DNA from: Chrysomallon squamiferum
Lineage: Eukaryota > Animalia > Mollusca
NCBI GenBank assembly: GCA_012295275.1
Contig: CM022677.1
Span: forward strand, 26,164,001 to 26,228,000
Direction of reading: 5' to 3'
Length of the DNA stretch: 64,000 nucleotides
Made by a program: the position numbers and the translations under genes. Of this stretch, positions 31,619 through 64,000 are shown piece after piece (position 1 is the stretch's first letter; every line of letters starts with the position of its first letter). The notes under the pieces were generated by a model, which did no database searches, was not told the origin of the DNA, and saw nothing but the letters and a program-made list of their open reading frames with translations.

Positions 31619-32280
31619 GCTGCTGTGGTTGTTGTTTTTATTTTAGTGTTGTTGTTGTTGTTGTTCTTAGTTATTATCAATTATTATCATGTTATTATTA
31701 TTATCATTAAAATACTTATCACCATTCACATTATCAACATTTTTATTGTTAATTTAAATATTAATTTGCTTCTTTCATTGATTATTAATTTCTGTTTCTT
31801 TCTAACTGCCCAGTTAATTAGATGATCATTAGCTGCATAAAAAACCCCAATAAAACCTAGGTATTATTTCATTTCCTCTCCGAAGCAAACATTTCTAAAA
31901 TATTTTATATAGCGTTTTATAGTGACGGGGCTGGGTACAGGTTGGGAGGGAGGGTATAGTGGAGAGAGGTGGGTGTCCTGGATGCGGTGGGGGTGGTGGA
32001 ATGGGGCGCGGCATCTTGTTTGACAGGTTACGTTTTTTCTTCAAATCTGAGATAACAGTTAGCTTGTTGTATCTGCTCCAGGGTTGAAGACTTATGTACA
32101 TAAAATTAACATATCTTTTATCATTAATATCTAATGTGACAGGCGACGTGACAAACCTCTGAGAGGTTTACTACTAACTCACAGACACACACACTCCTAC
32201 CTACACACATTCATCACACACGCGCACCTACATACTATGAACATAGGGAATATGCATGAGTAATCCATGCATGTTTCGTG

Positions 32281-32326
<46 letters not shown>

Positions 32327-32519
32327 TGCACATGCATACAAACTTCATGAAAGCATGCTTACATGCATACATAAATACATATCCATAAATAAACATGCCT
32401 CCTGTCATTCCATCATTCTATCTATCTATATGCATACATACATACATACTACATACATATAGATACATATACACACACACACATACACACACATACACAC
32501 ATACATACATACATACAAT

Positions 32520-32712
32520 GGTACACAGATAAAAAGATAACAGAAAGCTCGGGTAAAACCGCGTGTAAACTGATAAATGAAAACTGTCACGTAAAACGCG
32601 ATGCAGTAGTAAATACTCTAACCTCATCTGCATTGTTTATGTAAACTTACACCACAGCTGTCAAACAGGGAAATGAATGAAACACTGCGACTGATTCTGA
32701 TCTGTATGACAC
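32520..32712 (+). repeat. Left arm of ~190-bp inverted repeat pair
   Basis: Reverse complement matches 36359-36565, e.g. cattgtttatgtaaacttacaccacagctg versus cagctgtggtgtaagtttacataaacaatg. Confidence 0.9.
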
Positions 32713-32812
32713 ACATCGGTATATAGAGCAATCACTTATAGATAGGCAGACAGGCAGATATATTATATATATAGCTTGATAGGTAGGTAGGTAGGTCGGT
32801 AGGTAATCAGAC

Positions 32813-32885
<73 letters not shown>

Positions 32886-33759
32886 TTAAATATGTTTGTT
32901 ATCAACAAGTCAGAAAAGTCGCAAACATACGTCTCTCTATACGTTTAAGCAAACCAGTACCAACTCTAAGGACACATTTGCTATTATGTTGCTAAGTCCA
33001 AACTCTTTCACATTTCGAGTTAAAGGACAGTGACAAAATGTTTTAGACGGTTGGGGGTGTAATTCATAAAAAGAAACGCCTGTGTATTCATACGAACGTT
33101 CTCAGCAGTTGTGGACAGTAATTGTCCTCGTAGGCAGCTTAGCAATTCCTTTTTTTTCTTTTTTTGTGTGAATAGGTTTCGTTTTAAATTACGTCGATTT
33201 GCTAAGTTCATTTATACACACACATTTATGAGACTATTTCTAGACGCACACGTACACGCATCCATAAGTGTAAACACCCACACACAACACACGCATCCAT
33301 AAGTGTAAACACCCACACACAACACACTAACGCACAACACACATTCACAAATACATTTGTTTTACGCAGCTAAAAAATACATTTTTTTTTTTTTTTATTC
33401 TCCATGCTTTGTTTGTTACTGGATGAATGTGACAATAAAATTCCCACATAAGAAAGTCAAATGTTTTGTTGAGTAATCACGTGTGTGTTTGTTACGTAGT
33501 AGTAATCTGTTTCCTTTAGGATTAGATGTGATAAGGAGATTTATGTTAATCTCTGTGCACGTATTATCTGGGCTATGCGTTCTGTAAAGTGACTCCGTAG
33601 TAGCAGCAGTAGTGGCAGCAGTAGCTACACTGGAGCAGTAGTAGCGTAAGAGTATTAATAATAACTCCTTGACAGTTATGATGACTGGGATAATAAAACG
33701 ACAAACTCAACGACTAAATAATAATAATTTATAATCGTTATTAATAATTATTTATTTAC

Positions 33760-33815
<56 letters not shown>

Positions 33816-34781
33816 TAAAATAAAAAAAAAAAAAAAAAAAAAATTCTTTACTTTTATTTTCTTAACGCCGGTATCGGAGTTATCTACCTTCCTTTTTCTA
33901 CAAATGGCGACCACCGCGGTTTATACGTCTAATTATTATGTAAATTTATTTATTTAAGTTCCTTTTCGTTTCTATTCCACAATACATTCCCACGATCACA
34001 ACATAATATTTCTAAACGAATGACCATTCCCTACTGTAAAGTAGCTATTATTTGCATTCAAGTGTATAGATACATTTTTAAAGTGCAAGTATATGTTCGT
34101 TGTTCAACAACTAGGTTCAATAGACGAAGTGGTACAAATGGAGCAGAAGTGGGTTTAGAGGTTTATTTCCAGAACGTTCTAAGAAGTACGACGAAACTTG
34201 TTTGTGTTTTTTTTTGTGTTTTTTTTTTTCAGTTAGGTCATGGAAGGAGTTATTATATACATGTATTTTTACATTCGTGAAAAACATTAATAAGAAGGTC
34301 TTAGTGACTTACAGCAGTTTATAGAATTAAGAATGGGATGAGCTTGTATATAAATAAATAAATCAATAAATTAATTAATTAATTAATAAACAGCAGACAT
34401 AACCGTTTTATGTCATCTCGATGTTTTGTTACTGACGTCCATCTTGGTGACTCATTTTCATCCAGTATATATATATAAACATTTGCTCTTATATTGGTAA
34501 GTTTTACGTGCACCTATAACGATTCGATCCCAGTACTTGACTGCGGAATTAGCTGAGCATTGTCCAGCTGGAAGCCAAGCTTTGCTAAACACAGTGCATT
34601 AATGCGCTGCTCCTGCTAATGTTAATTCCTCGTAATCCTTTTACACAACAAAGGTCAATGGGTCTCTGTGACGTTCTAGAATTTTCTCTCTTGAAATATA
34701 TAAATAGTCATACAGGCGAACGAACATGCAAAGGAAGAATGAGGAATTGTGAAAGACAGTCAGAGAGAAAGACACCATACA

Positions 34782-34863
<82 letters not shown>

Positions 34864-35491
34864 TATCACTGACCATTCATTAAAAAGAGAAAGAATGAAA
34901 AACCATACAGTTTCCTCTTTTAAAAGATTCTCTAGGAAAACCTACTTAAATGCAAAACCTCGCAAAAATAAGACCTTTAAAACAAACTGTTTTATCTCTT
35001 CCTAGCAAAACAAGAGATGGTCACCTAATTGTATGAAAATGTAAATCCCGCCATTTGGGTTGGCAGCACCAGACTCGACCTCAGCGAGACTGAGTTCAGT
35101 TAAAAACGCTCTGTCTTTTCTGCCTTTATTATCATTCACCGCAGTCAACACCTCGTAAAGAAAGGAGTCAGTGTCAGTGTCTGAAAGCCCGTAGTGAAGT
35201 ATCTCTGCACACAACAATCATACGTCCATCGTTTAATAACACATTATTAGAAATTAGGTTTGGAAAGGTGTTCTTTATTCTCTGTTTAATGTTTCCTTGG
35301 TTAAACGTCTCGCCATGCGATAGCCGTCTGTCAGAAGGTTTCAGTCTGAGGGTAAAGCAAACTGTTAAATTACAAGTCAAAAATGTGTGAATGAGAAAAA
35401 ATAAAACAAAGCCATACTGGGTTTGAGGCGGGTGTTCTATTTGTAATAGAAGTAAGAGAGAGAGAGAGGGAGGGAAGAAAAAGGGCACAAG

Positions 35492-35604
<113 letters not shown>

Positions 35605-35628
35605 GAATAAGGGCACAATAATGAGAGA

Positions 35629-35734
<106 letters not shown>

Positions 35735-36358
35735 TTTTCCTTCCTGGAGCTGTGGTAGATGTGTTGTGACGTGTGATCTGTAAACACAACACGTTGTGTC
35801 GTTGCTCACACTGTTCACGTAGTAGAACACTGTTTCGACAACGTGCCTCGGGCGGTACATCGACGTAACCACAGCTTCGGGAGCAGGTTTGTCTCCAGTA
35901 CAGAAAATAACACAACTTCTTTAATTTACAACTGCCAGATGAGAACGAAATGAATATATATATATATGTATGTATGAATGATAAAGAAGCACACACGCGC
36001 GCGCGCGCGCGCTTGCACATACACATATAAAATGTAAATGTATAGTTTGTATAGTATGTATGTACGTAATGTTAATTTTGTGTATGTCTATCTATATATA
36101 GGCTTGCTTTTAAAAAAGTTATCTATTCATACGTGAGAAGGCGGTTAGATATCGTGAAAGAATGAACGTACATTACAATCTCACGTGTTTTACACTAGGA
36201 CTGAAAACGAACACATACTCAGATGTTATCTTTTAAGTTAGTTTAGACGTACATACGTACATACATACACATATATGCATATATGTGGATGTATGTATGT
36301 ATCTATGTATGTATGTATGTATATATGTAAGTATGATGTGTGTATATATGAAGAGTGA

Positions 36359-36565
36359 GTCATATAGATCAGAATCAGTTGCAGTGTTTCATTCATTAGC
36401 CTGTTTGTCAGCTGTGGTGTAAGTTTACATAAACAATGCAGATGAGGTTAGAATTTTTACTACTGCATCGCGTTTTACTCGACAGTTTTCATTTATCAGT
36501 TTACACGCGTTTTTAACCCAGCTTTCTCAAAGAAAGCAGCGTGTTATCGTTTTATCTCTGTTACC
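36359..36565 (-). repeat. Right arm of ~190-bp inverted repeat pair
   Basis: Inverted copy of 32520-32712 with scattered substitutions and a small indel. Confidence 0.9.
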
Positions 36566-36669
36566 TATGTATGTGTGTATGTCTGTATGTATGTCTGTAT
36601 GTCTGTCTGTCTGTCTGTCTGTATGTATGTATGTATGTATGTATGTATGTATGTCTGTATGTCTGTCTG

Positions 36670-36703
<34 letters not shown>

Positions 36704-37655
36704 TGTATGTATCTATGTATGTATGTATGTATGTCTGTATGTCTGTCTGTCTGTATGTATGTATGTATGTATGTATGTATGTATTGTGTGTATATGTATC
36801 TATGTATGTATCAGTGTATGTATGTATGTATGTATGTATGTATGTATGTTTTATGTGTGTATATGTATCTATGTATGTATCAGTGTATGTATGTATGTAT
36901 GTATGTATGTATGTATGTATGTATGTATGTATGTATGTATGTATGTATGTATGTATGTATCTATGTATCTATGTATGTATGTATGTATGTATGTATCTAG
37001 TATCTATGTATGGTATCTATCTATGTATGTATGTATGTATGTATTATGTGTGTATATGTATCTATGTATGTATGTATGTATGTATCTATGTATTTATGTA
37101 TGTATGTATATATGTATCTATTTATGTATGTATGTATGTATGTATGTATGTATGTATTTATGTATGTATGTATCTATGTATCTATTTATGTATGTATATA
37201 TGTATGTATGTATGTAAGTATGTATGTATGTATGTATGTATTTATGTATGTATGTATGTATGTATGTATCTATGTATGTATCTATGTATGTATGTATGTA
37301 TGTATGTATGTATGTATGTATGTATGTATGTATGTATGTATGTATGTATGTATGTATGTATGTATGTATGTATGTATGTATGTATGTATGTATGTATGTA
37401 TGTATGTATGTATGTATGTATGTATGTATGTATGTATGTATGTATGTATGTATGTATGTATGTATGTATGTATGTATGTATGTATGTATGTATGTATCTA
37501 TGTATGTATGTATGTATGTATGTATGTATGTATGTATGTATGTATGTATGTATGTATGTATGTATGTATGTATGTATGTATGTATGTATGTATGTATGTA
37601 TGTATGTATGTATGTATGTATGTATGTATGTATGTATGTATGTATGTATGTATGT
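36566..37655. repeat. (TATG)n microsatellite, ~1.1 kb, degenerate at left and pure at right
   Basis: Directly visible. Confidence 0.97.
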
Positions 37656-39101
37656 TTGTTTTTGGCAAATGGTTTAAAGTATTCCACGTGCAAATTTATT
37701 AATAATAAATAACAACAGATATTTAGTCAATAAATCATATTGTAATAAATAGATTAGCAGGGTAGGTGAATTGTTTAAACAATTATATCTGTCTATTAAA
37801 TAAATATATTAATAACTAATTCATAAATAAATAATAATACCAGAGATCAAAAATGTTCTTGGATAAATTTTGAAATAAACTTAGCGTAATAAATACTTAA
37901 AACCTATAACAAGAGATTTAACCTCTCCGAAATAACGCAATAAAATAATGAAACAATTATGTCAGAGAATAAAAAAAAAAAAAAAAAAAATCCAACACGA
38001 ACTGAAAGAACTTTTCTCAAATATTCTGTCCAAATTGCATCTAAATTAAATAATATTCCTCATAATTTTTAAATTTTATAATTTATTTTTTATTTTTTTA
38101 AATTTTATATTAATAACAATATCATCCATTTCTGAAGAAACCAGTTTAAAACAGACATATTCTTAGAGATATAAAATTACCTGACGTAGTTAGAAAAATC
38201 GTAAAAGTACGTTCGTATGGGGACATGCTGACTTCTTTTGTAGATTTCTTTTAATGTAAGAGGATTTTTATTTTTATTTTTATTTTTTTTTTATGCCAGT
38301 GTATACCCGAACGCTGTTCTGATCTAAACTTCCTCACAAAATGTAGCGAAAAAAAAAAAAAAAAAAACTGGTTAGACTAGTTTAATTCAGACTTTCCTAA
38401 TATTACGGTCAGTGAATCCTTTGAACCTCCACTGACAATGCAAAGAAAAAAAAAACCCGTCTATGCTGGCGTTCTTGGCAGTCAGTACTCAGGTCTTAAC
38501 TCCGGTCTTATCAGAGTAGTAACAGGAGAGAACACGTAAAACTAAACCTACATAATGACTAAATAAACTGACCATCAAATTAAATATAGAGTTTTCTTTC
38601 TGTGACGTCACAGTCTAGCTGACTGTCAGACAGGGTCACGGCCGATCGTGTTACGTCATATTTTATCATTTACTGTTAAGTTCACTTCCGGTATCCATCG
38701 TTGTTTTTTTTTGTTGTTTTTTTCTTCTTCTTTTTTTCATTTTATTTATTTTGTTTTTTTTTTTTTTTCTAATTTTAATCAGTTTATATTCATTTCCTTT
38801 CAATTTATTATTTTATTTTGTTTATTTATTTTTATTATTTATTATTATTATTATTTTTATCAAAGACTTTGTTTGTTACTGTTAATGTTTACCGATTAGC
38901 AACAAGACTTCATTCTCATAACCTTACCACAGAAACTAAAATATCTACGAGTCATTTGATAAACTATCATAAATGTTAAAAAAAAAAAAAAAAATAAAAA
39001 CGTTCGGAACTTTTGAACTTTCACAGCTCGCGATTTCATGTTCTTCCAGACTAACTACTACTACTACTACTATTACAACAACTACTACTACTACTACTAC
39101 A

Positions 39102-39135
<34 letters not shown>

Positions 39136-40066
39136 TGTTTTGTGTGTGTTTTTATGTATATATATATATGTATATATAAACATCATTTATTTTGCAATGT
39201 TATACTACATTTATTATACAAATGCTACTTAATATTCACTATCAACGATATTATAATAAAATAAATAAATAAATACACAAACTAACAAACAAACAAATAA
39301 ACAAACAAACAAATAAATAAATAAATAAATAAACAAATAAACAAACAAACAAACAAACAAATAAACAAATAAATAAATAAACAAACAAACAAACAAATAA
39401 AACAAACAAACAAATAAACAAATAAAAAATATCTACATCCCTAATAGCCCCACGTTAAAAGTGCCCGTTTCTGTTTTTTCAAAATCCCTCCAAACTGGTT
39501 CATCGGGTTGTAAGGCAGAAATAACCCAACAGGTTATACAACATTTTTTTTTTTTTTTTTTTTTTTTTTATGTACGTTTTATTGCACCACACGGGGAACG
39601 GCGAGTGCGAGGGGTGAACGTCTTACAGCAACTACAACAGCGTACCCGCTGCGTCTCTGGTCATTATTTACCAGCAGTTTAACATTTGCGTGTGTGAAGT
39701 TTAATTGATAGAGTTTTAGCTTATCTTTTGTTCACAGAACTTGATTTGTAACTGATCCTTCGTTCAGTGAACCTTGAAGTTATTTCGTTTTATTTTTCGA
39801 TTTATTTTTTTTTTTTTTTTTTTTTTTTTTGTTAATATTTAAACAGCTGGAAACTTGTTGATGTTTTTGTTAAAGAGCAACTTACTAGCATATTTAAAAT
39901 TTCAGAATGTTCATGTGTTTTTTGACATTTAAAAAAAAATAAAAAAAAAATATATATATATATTTTTTTTTTACTTCATGAATGCATTAGATTTTATCGT
40001 GGGCGGGCTTATATAGATAAGCAATACCTTACGATATGTACTTATAAATAGACACACAGGCACGCC

Positions 40067-40116
<50 letters not shown>

Positions 40117-40212
40117 AACACATATATACAAATACAAATCCAAGCCCAAACAAATATACTACTGACAAAAGAAAGAAACAAATAAATAAATACATAAATA
40201 AATAACTGGACT

Positions 40213-40248
<36 letters not shown>

Positions 40249-40289
40249 GCATACTTAAGAAAATTAATCAGACAACCATTATAAGCATA

Positions 40290-40326
<37 letters not shown>

Positions 40327-41331
40327 TTTGTAAAGCATAAGTATAGGTTATGCAATTTAGAAATAATCTGAACTTAACGTTATCTCAGCAAAAAATTTCG
40401 AATATTTTAACAGGACTGCACCCACCACACACTGTGAACAACGAAATGCAGTACATCTGTTTTTAATTGATAAATAAACTTGTTTGCCTAGGGGAAAGGT
40501 ATTTTAGTTGTTAAATTATCTTATTTTTGTAGCTGTCGGCTTTTCTCGTATCTTTTTAACGATCTGTTGTGTTATCTGTTCTTAAGGATATTACATTTTT
40601 CTTACGCAAGTGAAAGTTCAAACAACTGAAGTTTTGTACGATTTGCAGTATCAGTTGTAGATAATGTAAGACGTCATGTAACAATTACGTCAGAAATACG
40701 TAATGTAATTTTGTTCGAAGCTAACGACGACAAATAGTTACGCCTGTCATTACTGTTGCAGTGACGCAATGCACAGTGATTATTATTACGTCATTTGATT
40801 AGGTGCGTCATTTGATGTATATACAGGGAATAATTGGCTAATGTTTTGACATATAATGCGAAGCTGAGAATTCGAACTGAGCGAGGCTGAGCCGAGTTGC
40901 ATTCCAGAAACTGAAAAGTGATATCTAACCAATTATTATTATTATTATTTTTATTTTTTTTATTCCCGCAGTCCTGAAATATGCAGAAACTAAATGAAAG
41001 TCACCTCACCATCTGACTACATTCAAACGTATTGATTTCATTCTGGCTGTTTATCAAAACACGAAAACTTCTTGTTATTTCTTTTGAATTAGAATGTTTG
41101 TTTATTTTTCTTTTAAATTATTATATTTTTCTTCTTTCTTTTTTTTTTTTTTTTTTTTTTTCAGATTTAAACCAGCAATTAATTAAAAAAAAACAATATA
41201 ATATTTTTAACAAAATGTCATACACACGGGTCTGCACACACCATGATATCTCGCGACTATGTCTATCTGTGTTTTATGATCAAAACAGCTTTAGATAATG
41301 AATCTCTATACTATTTTAAATAAGCCAAACA

Positions 41332-41405
<74 letters not shown>

Positions 41406-42115
41406 TCAGTGTGATAATGTTGAGAACAATAATAACAAATTTATTTCTAAACCATCTTTAAACGTTGTACTCACACCTCAAGACTAAATTCAGACAGGTT
41501 AGACAGTTATTTCTATGGGTGCAAGAGTAGGCGTAAACAGGGGCGCTCACCATTATAATTATTATGATGAAACCTTTAAAAAAAAAAAAAAAACCCACCA
41601 ATATAACTAGTTTAGCTAACCGTTGTTCCAGTAGAAGTATTTCCAATCAGGGCTGGTTCAGAGTTGAAAAGACTTCGAGGAGAATTTTATCTGCGTGGGT
41701 AGTAATATTTTTGATGAAAATAGTTTTTATTATATAACGTCTGCTCTGCGTACATAGGCAGTGACCCGCCTTGCTCCAACTTGTAACCGAATTTGCTTTT
41801 GAAAACTATAAATGTAGACAAATAATAAAAAAAAAAAAACTATAAGAAAAAAACCTGTTTGACGACTTACAAATACCTTCACAAGCAATCCAAGCCCTAG
41901 AATAATCGTACACTTTTTTCTAGTCATTAGAGCGTGTCTCTCACTTATAAAACATAGTAGGCCCAGCTATTTTTTTTTTCCTATTCATTATTACTTACCG
42001 TGAAAACATGATGGCAAAAGGGTCGCGCGATATAACGAAACGTTTGTACTGAAATTGTAAAATGCAGAAAACTGGATGGGATATATAAAGAGAGTTATTG
42101 TCCGTGCAGAAAATA

Positions 42116-42185
<70 letters not shown>

Positions 42186-42575
42186 AGCCATAAATCTGAT
42201 AAAATAATTAATATGTGTTGTTTGTGTATATGTTATATTATGAATCCGTGTAAATGTAAATGTATATTTATGTGTTTATGTATACGTGTTTTTGTGAGAG
42301 ACCAGCATGTTTGACTGTTTGTGTTTTAACTCTTCTTTAAGTACATTCGTTATTGTTTATTTGTTTTCCAAAGCACTTGCATTCATGTGTTTATGTATGG
42401 TTTTAAATAGATGTAAGTCTATGCGTGTACATGGAAATACACATGGATGTTGTTTTGTTTTTTCTGCACCTTCTGTTAAAGTATGCAAAAATAAATAAAT
42501 AAATAAACGTTTGATTCCGTTATTATGATTATGATAATGATGATGATAACAATGATTATTATTATTGTTGTTGTT

Positions 42576-42666
<91 letters not shown>

Positions 42667-42730
42667 GTGTATGTTAAACTGATGCGTCTAAAAATATTAT
42701 TTTTTTTTTTTTCAGGCGTACCCCGCCGCT

Positions 42731-63497
<20,767 letters not shown>

Positions 63498-64000
63498 GTA
63501 AGAAATTATTATTAACAGGAGATGCACTTTCGATTTTTTTTGGACTGCCAATTAGGACACTCAAGCAACACTTTGAATGGCCTGCTACAATTTTGTTAAT
63601 TTTGTTTTTAACTTAAAAGCTTGTTATCATTTCATGTAAACTATAATAATATCACTTTTCTAGTTTTAATAAAAACTGTTGTAATTAAATTATTATTATT
63701 ATTATTGTCAAAGAATCCACCCAATCAAACACTCTGCATTAATAACAATTCTGATAGTATTTTTTTCAGCATCTTGTCAGACATTTTGAGTAAATGATCT
63801 AAAGTCTGATTCCAGACATACAAAAATTCCAGATATATAAAACTTGGAGGTTACTTTAAAAAAAATATTAACTACATCTGTAATGAATTTCATGATATAA
63901 TTATTTTGATTTTGAGAACTCTAAGCTGTTGGTTCTGAAGATAATGCATAAATTGACAGCGGCCAATGTATATTTTTTTTGTGTCCTTTGAAGACTGAAT

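Overview
AT-rich, microsatellite-dense eukaryotic genomic DNA with GT-AG introns. Repeat content is consistent with a mollusc, possibly an octopod; this is inference only. Most ORFs in the supplied track are microsatellite artefacts. The real content is a head-to-head cluster of thrombospondin type-1 repeat (TSR) genes. (1) Plus strand, 42.7 kb to the window end: a multi-exon gene encoding a signal peptide, one MIDAS-intact VWA domain and at least 24 tandem TSR modules. Each module sits on its own phase-1/phase-1 exon; many arose by recent tandem duplication and one is frameshifted. The gene is open at the 3' end. (2) Minus strand, 0-23 kb: a tandemly duplicated family of small secreted TSR genes, comprising one apparently intact 81-aa gene, one pseudogene, an orphan signal-peptide exon and decayed remnants. 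A 4.9-kb 23-bp minisatellite with an ~802-bp higher-order period sits just downstream of the intact copy, where the paralogous site has only ~30 bp. The intergenic region holds an ~190-bp inverted repeat pair, a decayed EGF-like exon and promoter-like patches. An RTE-like LINE remnant lies in an intron of the large gene.
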